64,000 nucleotides of DNA, taken from a bacterium. GTDB lineage: Bacteria; Electryoneota; Electryoneia; Electryoneales; Electryoneaceae. Location of the stretch: positions 2,400,001-2,464,000 of the forward strand of contig OY769902.1 of assembly GCA_963669175.1 (NCBI GenBank), written 5' to 3'. Shown one piece after another: positions 1 through 10,809 of the stretch. The number at the start of each line of letters is the position of its first letter. The first letter of the stretch is position 1. Made by a program: the position numbers and the translations under genes. The notes below the pieces were generated by a model. The model was given only the letters and a program-made list of their open reading frames with translations. It made no database searches and was not told where the DNA came from.

Positions 1-1
1 A

Positions 2-829
2 GCCGGAGTAGTCGGCGCAGAAGACAATGACTACGACCTTGATGAAGTGTATTCGATTCAGAAGGATGGTACACTTAGCCTGAGTACAGAAGATGCGGAA
101 GTCATCTTGCGTGGCACCGACAGGAAAGATGTACACCTGGTTGTACACAGAGAGATAAATGTGACTGGTACCTTCACGAAATTCGAGCAGGAACCGTTCA
201 GCATGGAAGTGGAAGAGTCGAATGGCAACCTGATGATTCGTGAATCCGGCGGCTCTGTTTCCATATCAGGGATGTTCATTTCAGTTGAAGAGATATATAC
301 GGTGGAAGTGGAAGTCCCAAATAGTATAAACATCCGGTTGTATGGCGAAGATGATGCTATTGACATACAGGGCATCAACGGTAAAATCGCTGTCAAATGC
401 GAAGATGGTGAAGTTAAAATTGCCAACTGCGACAGCGATGAATTTGATCTTGAAATTGAAGATGGCGAGTTAGTCCTTCGAGGTGGCAGAGGTACGTTGA
501 ACGCTTTCGCTGAAGATGGTGAGATTACGGTTCTTGCAGGGAATTACAATACGATTGAAGCGGATGTGGAAGACGGTGAAATCGAGATTGAAACCTCGTT
601 GGCTGATAATGGCGAATACATGTTGAGAGCGGATGACGGTGAAATCACCTTCCGTGTAACCGAAGGCGGTGGTGATTTCCATGTTCGATTTGATGATGGC
701 AGAGGACGCGCCTCTCGTGCCTTTGAAACGGTGGAAGAGGATGACAATTACCGTCATTTCAGATTGAAGGGCGGCTCTGCTGTCGTTCGTGCGAAAGTCA
801 GCGATGGTGACGTCAAGTTCGAGAAGTAA
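2..829 (+). CDS. DUF4097-like beta-strand repeat protein (5' end outside the window)
   Basis: The frame is open from base 2 (AGVVGAEDNDYDLDEVYSIQ...). Repeated (E/D)DG(E/D)I/V/L units; ends AKVSDGDVKFEK, typical of DUF4097/adhesin beta-helix proteins. Confidence 0.65.
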   Translation, partial: AGVVGAEDNDYDLDEVYSIQKDGTLSLSTEDAEVILRGTDRKDVHLVVHREINVTGTFTKFEQEPFSMEVEESNGNLMIRESGGSVSISGMFISVEEIYTVEVEVPNSINIRLYGEDDAIDIQGINGKIAVKCEDGEVKIANCDSDEFDLEIEDGELVLRGGRGTLNAFAEDGEITVLAGNYNTIEADVEDGEIEIETSLADNGEYMLRADDGEITFRVTEGGGDFHVRFDDGRGRASRAFETVEEDDNYRHFRLKGGSAVVRAKVSDGDVKFEK

Positions 830-870
830 TAATCAAGTGGTCCACTAGCCTGTCATACGTAGTACTTTCA

Positions 871-900
871 AATCCTGCCTCAGGGCAGGATTTTTTATTT
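871..900 (+). terminator. Intrinsic terminator
   Basis: AATCCTGCC-tcag-GGCAGGATT hairpin followed by TTTTATTT, about 40 nt after the stop at 829. Confidence 0.8.
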
Positions 901-986
901 TCAGCCTTGATCACGTTGAATTCCGGGATACTGTTTGTATTTTACTTCGGGTGCTTGCTACTGCTAACTCTTTGACGGGAGATACC

Positions 987-3290
987 ATGATATTGCTGCA
1001 CAAGTTGTTCACCCCCTTCAAACTGATTCTTTTTGCCGGTCTTGTGAATCTCCTGATATCCATGACTTGTTTATCGTGGGATTATATTGGACCGTATATA
1101 CCCAGCATGCATACGTTTTCCTGGAGCGCTGCCGATACGAATGTTATCTACGCACTGCAAAACACTATAACTGACACGTGTAGCATCATGCTTAAATCAA
1201 CCAACCGTGGTCTGTCATGGCGTCCGGCAGAAGGACGTATTGACCGCTTCACCATGCATTATCCGCGAAACATATTCATCCATCCGCTTGATCCATCCAT
1301 GATCTGGGTTACAAATACGCGGGCCTTTTTTCGTACTGATGACGGGGGGCAGACCTGGAGTCGAACCCTGACTTCACTTTCCCAGATCCCTGATGGCGCC
1401 ATGTATGTATATCCGTTTGACAACAGGGTATTGTATGTGCTGATGAGTGATTTGCGCCGCAGCTACGATGATGGCGAGACCTGGACTGTGATCTATGAAA
1501 CCGGATCGGACGATTTCAGGTTTGCCATGTGTCCCACTGATCCGCACATCTTGATTGTCGTTGATGGAACAGACTTCAATCGTGAAGGTCTGGACGCAAT
1601 CTGGAACAGTAACAATGGCGGGGCGAGCTGGGAATCTGTTGACTATTCTCCCCGTGATCTCTTCGACTCCCTGGAAGTCCAGCGTCTATGGATTTATGGC
1701 AATGAGCCCACCAACCGGATGATGATTGGCGTCAGGACAAGTGAACCTTACAACACAGTCTGCCTTTTCAGCTTGAACTCAAGCCGGGACTGGTATGTAG
1801 CATGGGAGTCTGACAGACGAATGGAAAGCTATCATGTGGATTCTGAGAACTCATTATACTTAACCCTTAGAGAAGGTGTCTTTAATAGTGATATTATTGT
1901 CAGGTCGGACGATCTGGGATTATCCTGGGACACCGTTTCCACAGGGACATCCGATCACGTTGAACCAAAACATCGATCCTGCTCGGTTGTTTCCAACCCA
2001 TTGAACCCAAACACAATTCTGGTTGCGGAAGAAGCGGGTCTGTACCGGTCTCAAAACCGTGGACAGGAATTCAACCTCATTGCCCCGCACGATCTTGAAC
2101 AAAGCAGTCATCAGCTCTGGCATGATCCTCAGTATGTCGGCAGATGTCATACGATCTGGAAACAATGGTATATGATCAAGCAGGATGAACAGGCTGAATG
2201 GATTCCTATATGGCCGGGAGTTGTTTCCATGGCATTCAATCCTGATATCGCTGACAGGGTGTTCCTGGCAGGTCACGCTTTACTGACGCTGGATACGGAG
2301 TTTATGCTTCCGGATACGCTGTTGTCAGAGCACTACATGTACAGTGACATCCTGGTACACCCGGGGGATTCTACGATTTTGTTCGCGTTGGCGCATGGGG
2401 AGGACTATGACGAGGCGGGGCATGAAGCGGCCCTCCTGCGTTCACAGGATTCCGGAGCTACCTGGGACACTGTGCTGGTTGCCAATTCAGATTATATGCA
2501 ACGAGTCTGTTTTGCTGAAGATAACCCGGATCAGTTATTCTTCATTGGAGAAACGATCTGGTATTCTGATAACGGTGGCGATGAATGGCATGACGCGGGA
2601 GTCGGTGAGGAGTACCTGTACGTTGATTTCGTCAGCGCGCCTGATGATTGCTGGTTTGCACTGGTCAAAGAAGAAAATGCACCCCTGTTACTGTTGAATG
2701 TATATGTTTCCCGTGACTTCGGTGAAACGTGGGAGATAATAAACAACGAGTTGGGGTTTGAAATAATTACCGAAATTGAATGGTGGCCGGGTGAAGACCC
2801 ATGCCTGATCGCCATGTGCGGAGATACAACGCTGTACTATACCGATGATCTTGGAAGTAGCTGGAATGTGAAGCCAACCTCTCTGCCGGAGAGGGCAGGA
2901 TTATCCAACCTGTCATTTTCCCCGGATGGTTCAACCGCTTTCCTGTGTGATCCTGATAGAGGTTTTTACCGGTATGACAATTTTACTACGGATATTCAGG
3001 AAGATGCAAAATGGGCCACGCCAGCGACATTTTCACTTTCACCTGCCTGGCCAAACCCGTTTAACAGTGAGACAAGGATTGAGATCATGCTCCCGGAAGC
3101 GGGAGAGCTGGATGTGACACTTTTTAACATCCTGGGGCAGAAAGTTGCAACTTTGGAAAGAAACCGGAAGTGTAATGCGGGTATTTACACCTATGCAGTG
3201 GATGCGGCAAGTCTGGCAGCGGGTGTCTATATTCTGCGCGCTGAATGGCAAGGGTGTACCCGGTATCAACGCATTACACTACTACGCTAA
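987..3290 (+). CDS. Secreted BNR/Asp-box beta-propeller protein with T9SS type A-like C-terminal sorting domain
   Basis: Hydrophobic N-terminus; many S/T-x-D-x-G-x-T/S-W Asp-boxes (TDDGGQTW, SYDDGETW, SDDLGLSW, SRDFGETW); C-terminal AWPNPFN...FNILGQKV...AAGVYIL. ATG 987 follows GGGAGA. Confidence 0.8.
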   Translation: MILLHKLFTPFKLILFAGLVNLLISMTCLSWDYIGPYIPSMHTFSWSAADTNVIYALQNTITDTCSIMLKSTNRGLSWRPAEGRIDRFTMHYPRNIFIHPLDPSMIWVTNTRAFFRTDDGGQTWSRTLTSLSQIPDGAMYVYPFDNRVLYVLMSDLRRSYDDGETWTVIYETGSDDFRFAMCPTDPHILIVVDGTDFNREGLDAIWNSNNGGASWESVDYSPRDLFDSLEVQRLWIYGNEPTNRMMIGVRTSEPYNTVCLFSLNSSRDWYVAWESDRRMESYHVDSENSLYLTLREGVFNSDIIVRSDDLGLSWDTVSTGTSDHVEPKHRSCSVVSNPLNPNTILVAEEAGLYRSQNRGQEFNLIAPHDLEQSSHQLWHDPQYVGRCHTIWKQWYMIKQDEQAEWIPIWPGVVSMAFNPDIADRVFLAGHALLTLDTEFMLPDTLLSEHYMYSDILVHPGDSTILFALAHGEDYDEAGHEAALLRSQDSGATWDTVLVANSDYMQRVCFAEDNPDQLFFIGETIWYSDNGGDEWHDAGVGEEYLYVDFVSAPDDCWFALVKEENAPLLLLNVYVSRDFGETWEIINNELGFEIITEIEWWPGEDPCLIAMCGDTTLYYTDDLGSSWNVKPTSLPERAGLSNLSFSPDGSTAFLCDPDRGFYRYDNFTTDIQEDAKWATPATFSLSPAWPNPFNSETRIEIMLPEAGELDVTLFNILGQKVATLERNRKCNAGIYTYAVDAASLAAGVYILRAEWQGCTRYQRITLLR

Positions 3291-3346
3291 AAGGGCATTT
3301 TCGAGAAAAAAAATCGTTGTTACGAGGTGGTCATTACGGGAGGTTC

Positions 3347-3988
3347 ATGGTGAAAACACGTGTACTTCTGGTTACAATTGCTTTTCTGATGGCGAATACA
3401 GTCCTGGCCGCTGTGAAAACGCAGTACGGGATAGGATTCGGTTTCCTGACCCCATTCAATTTCGACACGGGCTATTCAGCCGAACTCAAGCTCGATCTCA
3501 TCCCGGATGGCACCCCGCACCGGTTGCGCATCGAAGCACGCTATCTGAATGCACAGAAAGAAAATGATGACACTTACAACAATGAATTCAACGAATATGT
3601 GGATGCGTTTACCCTTGAAATGGGACCGATGTTTTCCCTGCATAAAGGGGAAACACTCCGTACGTTCGTGGGACTGGGAGTCAGCTTCACCTTTGCCAAT
3701 ATTGAACGATCCGGTGAAGTTTATTCCTACAGAGATAACTCTTACACAAGTTACCCGGTTAAAAGTAACGATTCCGGCTTTGGCCCGGGATTAAGCCTCT
3801 ATTTTCAGACTGAATGGAAGTTTACCGAGAACATCCGGTACGATTTCGGCGCAGGGTTCCGTTTCGGTACCCCGCATTTCAAGGACGAGGGTGTATATGT
3901 GGATGGATATCGCTATGACTATGGTGATGATCCGTCGGTGGGTGGTTTTTTTGCCAACGTAGGATTTCTCTTTGCGCTGAATCCCTGA
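3347..3988 (+). CDS. Outer-membrane beta-barrel protein (OmpA-like/porin family)
   Basis: GGAGG RBS before ATG 3347; signal peptide; alternating amphipathic strands; C-terminal aromatic-rich strand FFANVGFLF. Confidence 0.6.
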   Translation: MVKTRVLLVTIAFLMANTVLAAVKTQYGIGFGFLTPFNFDTGYSAELKLDLIPDGTPHRLRIEARYLNAQKENDDTYNNEFNEYVDAFTLEMGPMFSLHKGETLRTFVGLGVSFTFANIERSGEVYSYRDNSYTSYPVKSNDSGFGPGLSLYFQTEWKFTENIRYDFGAGFRFGTPHFKDEGVYVDGYRYDYGDDPSVGGFFANVGFLFALNP

Positions 3989-3993
3989 TACTC

Positions 3994-5520
3994 TCAGGAT
4001 CTAGCTGCAAGGGGTAACGACACTCGGAAAGTGGAGCCTGAATTCACTTTACTCTGCACTTCTATAGAGCCGCCATGCTGCTGAATAATCGCGTAGCTGG
4101 TGGCTAGTCCCATTCCCATTCGTACACGTCTGCCTGAACGGTTAAACCCGACATCGAAGATGGTTTCCAACATCTCCATCGAGATACCCTTTCCTGTATC
4201 ACGCACTTCCACGATCAGCGACTTGTCATCGTTACTTGTTTGAATCTCTATTTTGCCACCGCCTTCAATCGCTTCCATAGCGTTTGAGATCAATTGAAGG
4301 AAAACATAGTTCAGCTCAGCCGGGTGGCCCTGGATGGTTCGGTCAGCACGATAGTCCTTCCTGATTTCAATACGATCACCCATTTCAGGTTGCAGGATTT
4401 CCAGTGTGGCGTCGAGGTTTGCATTGGCATCGATATCCTGGAATTCAGCGGCATCAAGATGAGTGAAGCGTTTCAAGCTGGAGGTCATGTTGCTGATACG
4501 TTTTCCCGCATTGCGTGTCAGGCGCAGGCTTTCACCGATAGTGGAAAACGCTCGCTTGAATTGATGTGATTCAGGCGTATCACTTTGCCAGTCCGACAAT
4601 ACTGATGCCTGCAGGAGCTTTGTGGCCTGATCAATTGTATCTGCTGAGGATAAAATTGCGCCGACAGGAGTGTTTACTTCATGGGCCACGCCTGCCGCCA
4701 ACCGTCCCAACGCGGCCATTTTTTCACTCTGGACCAACTGGAGCTGGGCTTCACGCAGGTGACGAGTGCGGTCCTCGACTTTCTGTTCAAGACCAAGGTT
4801 CAGCTCGCGTAGTTGGTCCGCATTATATTTATTAATGGTCAGGTAGAGAGTTATCGTTGCAAGTAAAATGGTCGGTTCAACACAAATCCGTGTTTCAAAA
4901 CCGAGAAGCGGGATAATGACACCAAAAATAGGTCCAGCCAAAAGTATGATGAACATCGCGATCGTGTTCAAGAGAAGAAAGCGTCTACGAACCGGGTCAC
5001 GATTCAGTTTCAACGCTGAAAACATCATCACGAACATCAGGAATTCAATGGCCATCCCGATTGACATGGCCGGAATCATCCAGAACGTATATTTCTGCTC
5101 AAAATTGCATAAGCTGCCGGTAACCTCACGTTCTACCAGGAAACCGGGGATTTGAAGACTGATGATGATGAGCAGAGCATAGGCAAGGGAGCCGTATATG
5201 TATAACCTTGCAGGTATTCCCAACAGCTTCTTGTCCATAAAATTATAAAACTCTGTGAAACTGATGACATACAACAGGGAAGTGGCAAAAATAGAACCAT
5301 TCGTCAGGTAGGGAAAACGAACCAGCAGTGCAAACTGTTCTGGCGACGCAGAGTGCGCAGTAATAACATTCGCCAGGCTGTTGGCTGCAAGATTCAACGT
5401 AAACAAGGCAAAAAAGATGTTGATGCGTTGGCCGTGGCGATTGATCAAAGCGATGATCGCCAGGACAGAATTCAGCCCGAACGTGAGGATTGAAGGGATT
5501 TCGTTAAGCTGGAACTGCAA
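3994..5520 (-). CDS. Membrane sensor histidine kinase (multi-TM N-terminus, HisKA + HATPase_c)
   Basis: About 7 hydrophobic helices; coiled coil LEQKVEDRT; H-box AGVAHEVNTP; N-box QLISNA; G1 DTGKGI; G2 GMGLA. Confidence 0.9.
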   Translation of the reverse strand: MQFQLNEIPSILTFGLNSVLAIIALINRHGQRINIFFALFTLNLAANSLANVITAHSASPEQFALLVRFPYLTNGSIFATSLLYVISFTEFYNFMDKKLLGIPARLYIYGSLAYALLIIISLQIPGFLVEREVTGSLCNFEQKYTFWMIPAMSIGMAIEFLMFVMMFSALKLNRDPVRRRFLLLNTIAMFIILLAGPIFGVIIPLLGFETRICVEPTILLATITLYLTINKYNADQLRELNLGLEQKVEDRTRHLREAQLQLVQSEKMAALGRLAAGVAHEVNTPVGAILSSADTIDQATKLLQASVLSDWQSDTPESHQFKRAFSTIGESLRLTRNAGKRISNMTSSLKRFTHLDAAEFQDIDANANLDATLEILQPEMGDRIEIRKDYRADRTIQGHPAELNYVFLQLISNAMEAIEGGGKIEIQTSNDDKSLIVEVRDTGKGISMEMLETIFDVGFNRSGRRVRMGMGLATSYAIIQQHGGSIEVQSKVNSGSTFRVSLPLAARS

Positions 5521-5658
5521 AATGCCTCTCCATTGTACCAGGTAAAGATGTGAATGAAAAGGTAAATGAATTCTGTCGTCGTTGCGAATCCGAACATTTC
5601 ACGAATAGCGTTTTGAAATGTGATTTTCAGGCGTTGACAGAATAGTATACGCTGTTCT

Positions 5659-5928
5659 TCAATCGCTTGTTTTGCCTGCTGAATTGTGCTTCGCAGCGTT
5701 GGCTGCTTGTTTCATCTGCCACAAACCTTTTTCAATCTCATTGTAATTCTCAAGGTCTGAATATATCAATGGAGTGGCGTCTATGCCTTTAGCCTGGTTG
5801 TTACGGAGCACGACGCCAGCGGCGCCCCCGGGAAAGGGAGCATAGGCAAGTGTGAGGAAGAAAAGGGCGAACCCTATAAAAGCAATGATTCCCCTGATCA
5901 CACGTTTTTGTACAGAAGATTTCGCCAC
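5659..5928 (-). CDS. Small single-pass membrane protein, probably co-transcribed with the YeiH-family gene
   Basis: 89-aa ORF with one TM helix (GIIAFIGFALFFLTLAYA), 68 nt downstream of the transporter on the same strand. Confidence 0.5.
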   Translation of the reverse strand: MAKSSVQKRVIRGIIAFIGFALFFLTLAYAPFPGGAAGVVLRNNQAKGIDATPLIYSDLENYNEIEKGLWQMKQAANAAKHNSAGKTSD

Positions 5929-5996
5929 AATATGTCCAGTGTATGTTTACCCATCAACAGCCGGTATAATTGATAATGGGGGTCAGAATCTGTGTA

Positions 5997-7511
5997 TCAG
6001 AAAACCTTCGGGAACAGGATTCCACCAAACGCCAGCCATGCAGCGAACACCGTCAGAACCAGGTTGAAGGTCTGGCCGACAACATACAGAATCAATGGCT
6101 TTCCGCCGGCCAACTGGCTACCCAGTTCACGGAAATTGGATTCCAGTCCGATCGCAACAAACGCAAGGCAGAACAGCCAGCCACGCAAGACCTTGGTCAC
6201 CGGTTTGATGAAACGGGCATTGACAACCTGGGCGCCACGCTGCATGCGTGACACTTTCGGCTTTGCAGGTTCAGTTACAGCCTGTACAGCAACTTCCGTT
6301 TCTTTTGCTTTAACAACTTCAGGTGTAGCAATTGCCTGACTCCCTGCGCCTTCTTCATGTTCGTCGATAGCGCCGGATTCCTGTGCAACTGCAGGCGCTA
6401 CGATGGAGAAAGACGGCTTAACGCTTGCTGTCTCGCTACTTTCCTTCCCAAAAATGGGTACCAGGACAAAGGAGAACAGGAGGGAGGCGCCAACAAACCC
6501 AAGGATAAATTTCGGGAAACGATACCAGATTTCCATCGCGTTCGGTTTGGGGCCGCAGGGATCACGTTCAACTTTGGTACACCAGTATATCGCGACGACA
6601 AAGGCAACCACACCTATCAGGACATTCTGTATCATCTTTACAACCGCAGCGACCTTTTCCGCTTCCGGTCCCAGCACATTTCCGGCAGCAACAACAGCGC
6701 CGGTCGCATCAATGGTCCCACCAATCCAAGCGCCCCCGATGATAGGATCCATGCCGAGTAACTTGATGAAAACAGGCATGAATACCATCATCAGCACGGT
6801 AAAGATGAGTGTAATACCAACTGCAAGCGTTAGTTCTTCCTTCTTGGCTTTTGCCGCGGCTGCGGTGGCAATGGCGGCTGATACACCGCATACCGATGTG
6901 GCCGCGGCAATAACGATCACCAGCGCTTTACTCGGGATCTTCAGGACTTTTGTACCAAAAAGGAACATGAAGATGACAACAGTGGGAGTAACGATCCAGG
7001 CAACCACCAATCCCGGCCCACCCAGTTCCAGTATCTTGCTGAAGAGAATCTCGGCGCCGAGCAAAACAAGACCGGTCTTAATATATAATTCACTTTTTGC
7101 ACCGGCCAAGAGCCATTTCGGCGTACCCACCGTATTGGAAATGAGCAGGCCGATAGCTAAAGCCCAGAAAGCATAGCCAATACCATAGGCTTTTATCTGT
7201 GCTTGGTTGGCAAACAGGTATGAGATTACGGAGATAAGAAAGACAATGGTATATCCTCCCAGGAATCTTCCTGCCTTTTCTCCCATGGCCTTTATCCCGA
7301 TGGCATTGAGTAAGCCAAGCCCAACAAACAGGATAAGAGTTGGAAGCAGGGAGCCGCTGGGGAAGACATCAAGAGGATTTGCTGTCCATCCCCCAAGCTT
7401 GGGGACGCGAGTAATAACTCCAAACACGGCGGCGGCGATCATTACTAATCCGAACCAGATTGCCCACCAGTCTTCGTGTTTGTAAAGATCCGACCAACTG
7501 GATTTCGCCAT
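5997..7511 (-). CDS. YeiH/UPF0324 family putative sulfate/sulfite exporter
   Basis: EDWWAIW N-terminus; IKTGLVLLGAE; SVCGVSAAIA; GAWIGGTIDATGAVVAAG; RFPKFILGF. Strong GGAGGGGG RBS. Confidence 0.85.
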   Translation of the reverse strand: MAKSSWSDLYKHEDWWAIWFGLVMIAAAVFGVITRVPKLGGWTANPLDVFPSGSLLPTLILFVGLGLLNAIGIKAMGEKAGRFLGGYTIVFLISVISYLFANQAQIKAYGIGYAFWALAIGLLISNTVGTPKWLLAGAKSELYIKTGLVLLGAEILFSKILELGGPGLVVAWIVTPTVVIFMFLFGTKVLKIPSKALVIVIAAATSVCGVSAAIATAAAAKAKKEELTLAVGITLIFTVLMMVFMPVFIKLLGMDPIIGGAWIGGTIDATGAVVAAGNVLGPEAEKVAAVVKMIQNVLIGVVAFVVAIYWCTKVERDPCGPKPNAMEIWYRFPKFILGFVGASLLFSFVLVPIFGKESSETASVKPSFSIVAPAVAQESGAIDEHEEGAGSQAIATPEVVKAKETEVAVQAVTEPAKPKVSRMQRGAQVVNARFIKPVTKVLRGWLFCLAFVAIGLESNFRELGSQLAGGKPLILYVVGQTFNLVLTVFAAWLAFGGILFPKVF

Positions 7512-7563
7512 TTTCCCCCTCCTTCAGCTCGCCCTGGAGCCATGGAACCAGCGTAAAACTGTT

Positions 7564-7581
7564 TGGTGAAAAAATGCACAA
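7564..7581. promoter_or_regulatory. Possible Rex-type operator
   Basis: TGGTGAAAAAATGCACAA versus the consensus TTGTGAAnnnnTTCACAA (2 mismatches), in the yeiH-dsrA divergent spacer. Confidence 0.3.
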
Positions 7582-8107
7582 TCCTGCATGACCGCCAGAG
7601 AGTAGTATATACTCCTCAAAGGTATAGGATAACAGCTCTGGAGGCAAGGGAAGGGCCTGTAATTGGCATGAATGTAACAAATGGTTTAAAACCAATGACG
7701 ACCAAACTGGAGTTGGAAGTCAGGAAAGCCTTATTTTCAGTGGTTACAAGACTTGAAGCAGATTAGTATTTCAGAGTTTTACTCTCCTAATCGGGAAAAA
7801 TTTGGCATGTGCTGTCAGAAAATGTTACCTTCACTTTCCCTGAGGCCCCTCAAGGAAGTCTTTCGGAATCGGGGAGTTGCGAGTTCGATTGGATAGAATC
7901 GGAGTTATGCTTCCCGAATCGTTCTTTTTTTCACAAGAACGTGGGCGAAGAGGCAGGTTTTGAGGGGGCGGCATTCAGACCAGAAAAGACACAAACGATA
8001 GAACGTAGGACCAAACTTCATGTAATGGGAGCGTACGTTTGTTGCAAGTCGCAAGTCTTGTGGACCTGTAATAGCTGATACGCGACGAAACGGCTTTAGG
8101 AGGAACT

Positions 8108-9301
8108 ATGCCAGAGGAGTACAAGACCCCGAAGCTTGACGAGCTGGAAAAGGGGCCGTGGCCCAGCTTCGTGAAGGAGATTAAGCTGGCGGCAAAGGAC
8201 AACGCGATGTCAAACGCGTTGCTCGGGCTGCTCGAGCGCTCCTACAACGAGCGGATTGGCCATTGGAAGCATGGCGGTATCGTAGGCGTTATGGGATACG
8301 GCGGAGGCGTGATCGGTCGTTACACCGACCTGGCGGAAGAATTCCCGGATATCTCCCACTTCCATACCCTGCGTGTCAATCAACCTTCCGGTTGGTTCTA
8401 CACATCTGAAGCATTGAACACCTTGTGCGACATCTGGGACAAGCATGGCAGTCACCTGACGAACATGCACGGTTCCACTGGCGACATCATTTTCCTCGGC
8501 ACCACAACCGAAGAACTTGAGCCGACCTTTGCAGACCTGACCAAAGCCGGTTTCGACCTTGGTGGTTCGGGTTCCGATATGCGTACCCCAAGCTGCTGCG
8601 TCGGCCCAGGCCGTTGCGAATGGGCTTGCTACGATACCCTGCAGCGCTGCTATGATATCACCATGCGCTATCAGGACGAACTGCACCGCCCGGCATTCCC
8701 GTATAAGTGGAAATTCAAGTTCTCCGGCTGCCCGAACGATTGCGTTGCTTCCATTGCACGTTCCGACATCTCCATCATCGGTACCTGGAAAGACAGCATC
8801 AAGATTGACGAAGCCGAAGTCAAGGCCTATGCTGATGGCGGCTTGGACATCTTCAACGATGTCGTACTGAATTGCCCGGCAAAATGCATGAAATATGCTG
8901 ATGGCAAGCTTGAGATCGACAACAACGACTGCCGTCGCTGCATGCACTGCCTCAACGTAATGCCGAAAGCCCTGCGTCCTGGCGACGAAAAGGGTGCGGT
9001 CATTCTCATCGGCGCCAAGGCCCCGATCGTGGAAGGCGCATTGCTCTCCAGCGTCATCATTCCGTTCCTGAACATTGATGACGAAGAAGAATTCGAAGAC
9101 TTCTGCGATCTCATCGAAGAAATGCAGGATGTCTGGTGCGAAGAAGGCAAGAACCGTGAACGTGTGGGTGAGTTCATCCAGCGTGTCGGTATGAGCAACT
9201 TCCTCGAAGCCGTCGGCCTCGAGCCCATACCGGAAATGGTCGCCTATCCGCGTGACAACCCCTATATCTTCTTCGAACAGGAAGAAGAAGAAGAAGAGTA
9301 A
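8108..9301 (+). CDS. dsrA: Dissimilatory sulfite reductase alpha subunit
   Basis: [16 protein letters not shown]; [10 protein letters not shown]; siroheme-[4Fe-4S] motif CVGPGRC...GCPNDC; ferredoxin CRRCMHC; AGGAGG RBS. Confidence 0.98.
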   Translation: MPEEYKTPKLDELEKGPWPSFVKEIKLAAKDNAMSNALLGLLERSYNERIGHWKHGGIVGVMGYGGGVIGRYTDLAEEFPDISHFHTLRVNQPSGWFYTSEALNTLCDIWDKHGSHLTNMHGSTGDIIFLGTTTEELEPTFADLTKAGFDLGGSGSDMRTPSCCVGPGRCEWACYDTLQRCYDITMRYQDELHRPAFPYKWKFKFSGCPNDCVASIARSDISIIGTWKDSIKIDEAEVKAYADGGLDIFNDVVLNCPAKCMKYADGKLEIDNNDCRRCMHCLNVMPKALRPGDEKGAVILIGAKAPIVEGALLSSVIIPFLNIDDEEEFEDFCDLIEEMQDVWCEEGKNRERVGEFIQRVGMSNFLEAVGLEPIPEMVAYPRDNPYIFFEQEEEEEE

Positions 9302-9363
9302 ATCGTACGGGGCGACATTACCAGTTGTTGCAGAAAAGAACCACATGCAGATAGGAGTGTAAG

Positions 9364-10449
9364 ATGGCTGAAGCCATGCAAGAACGCATTACCGATATCG
9401 GCCCGCCGGATTATAAGAAGTTCCTTCCTCCGGTGATCGAGAAGAATTACGGCCAGTGGAAGTACCATGAAATCCTGGAACCGGGGATCATGGTTCACGT
9501 AGCGGAGTCCGGTGACAAGCTCTATACCGTTCGTTGCGGTTCCCCCCGTCTGGTCTCGACCAATTCAATCCGTTTCTACACGAGCATTGCAGATAAATAT
9601 TGCGACGGTTACCTGCGTTTCACCAGCCGCCACAATGTTGAGTTCTTGACCACAGTGGAAGAGAATGCCCAGAAGATCAAAGAAGAGATGACTGCTTACG
9701 GTAACCCCGTTGGTGGTATGGGCAATTCCATCACCAGTATCGTTCACACCCAGGGTTGGGTCCACTGCCACAGTGCAGCCACGGACGCTTCCGGTGTTGT
9801 GAAGTCGGTCATGGACGAATTGTTTGAGTACTTCTCTGAAATGAAGCTTCCGGGCAAGTGCCGCATCGCGTTGGCGTGCTGCCTGAACATGTGTGGTGCG
9901 GTCCACTGCTCCGACATCGCTATTCTGGGTGTCCACACACGTCCGCCGCGCATTGATCACAACAACCTGAACAAGCTGTGTGAAATCCCGAACGTGTCGG
10001 CTTCCTGCCCGACCGCCGCGATTCGCCCGGCGACAGTCGACGGCAAGCCGTCCGTCGAAATCATTGAAGATCAGTGCATGTTCTGTGCGAACTGCTTCAC
10101 CGTCTGCCCGGCCATGCCTATGGCAAATCCGGACACTGACGGTGTTTCAATCTGGGTTGGTGGCAAGGTTTCGAACGCCCGTTGCGAACCGAAGTTCTCG
10201 AAACTGGCCGTTCCGTTCATTCCGAACAACCCGCCGCGTTGGCCTGAGGTGACCGGCGCTGTCAAGAAGATCGTGGAAGTATGGGCTGCGAATGCAAGGC
10301 CGTACGAACGTATCGGTGAATGGATCGATCGTGTTGGCTGGCCGCGTTTCTTCAAGCTGACCGGCTTCGAATTCCAGAAAGAACACATCGACGACTTCAA
10401 GTACGCTGGTCTGAGCTTCAAACGTAGCGCCCATATCACCCACGAGTAA
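9364..10449 (+). CDS. dsrB: Dissimilatory sulfite reductase beta subunit
   Basis: TDIGPP..K..LPP; HTQGWVHCH; [14 protein letters not shown]; [12 protein letters not shown]; PNNPPRWPE. Confidence 0.98.
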   Translation: MAEAMQERITDIGPPDYKKFLPPVIEKNYGQWKYHEILEPGIMVHVAESGDKLYTVRCGSPRLVSTNSIRFYTSIADKYCDGYLRFTSRHNVEFLTTVEENAQKIKEEMTAYGNPVGGMGNSITSIVHTQGWVHCHSAATDASGVVKSVMDELFEYFSEMKLPGKCRIALACCLNMCGAVHCSDIAILGVHTRPPRIDHNNLNKLCEIPNVSASCPTAAIRPATVDGKPSVEIIEDQCMFCANCFTVCPAMPMANPDTDGVSIWVGGKVSNARCEPKFSKLAVPFIPNNPPRWPEVTGAVKKIVEVWAANARPYERIGEWIDRVGWPRFFKLTGFEFQKEHIDDFKYAGLSFKRSAHITHE

Positions 10450-10464
10450 AGAGGAGGTGATACC

Positions 10465-10716
10465 ATGGCGATGACAGTAGAACAGATCGCTGATGCCATG
10501 TATAAGCAGGTCGCAGAAGCCCAGGAAATGGGCAAGAAGCTGAAGCCCGGCGACCTGACCAAGCTGATGCTTGGCGCTTATGAAGAAGATGGCGTCGACA
10601 AAAAAATGTGCAAGGCCGCGATCAAGGAACTGGTGAACAGCGGACGTTGCGTCTACACCTATTTCGGTGGCAGCTATCTTGAACTGCCCCGTAAAGAAGG
10701 CGCATCCAACGACTGA
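10465..10716 (+). CDS. dsrD: Dissimilatory sulfite reductase protein D
   Basis: 83-aa winged-helix-like protein directly after dsrB; K.AIKELVNSG..VYTYFGGSY motif; GAGGAGG RBS. Confidence 0.85.
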   Translation: MAMTVEQIADAMYKQVAEAQEMGKKLKPGDLTKLMLGAYEEDGVDKKMCKAAIKELVNSGRCVYTYFGGSYLELPRKEGASND

Positions 10717-10781
10717 TACCAGTCCGTAAGTAATTGATAACGGACTTGTTAAGATTGTTGATTTCGCAGATTGTGTCTGCT

Positions 10782-10809
10782 GCCGCTCGCTTGAGATCAA
10801 GCGAGCGGC
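10782..10809. other. Strong GC-rich stem-loop between dsrD and dsrL (no U-tract)
   Basis: GCCGCTCGCTTGA-ga-TCAAGCGAGCGGC, a 13-bp perfect inverted repeat. A weaker AGTCCGT...ACGGACT hairpin lies at 10721-10746. Confidence 0.65.
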
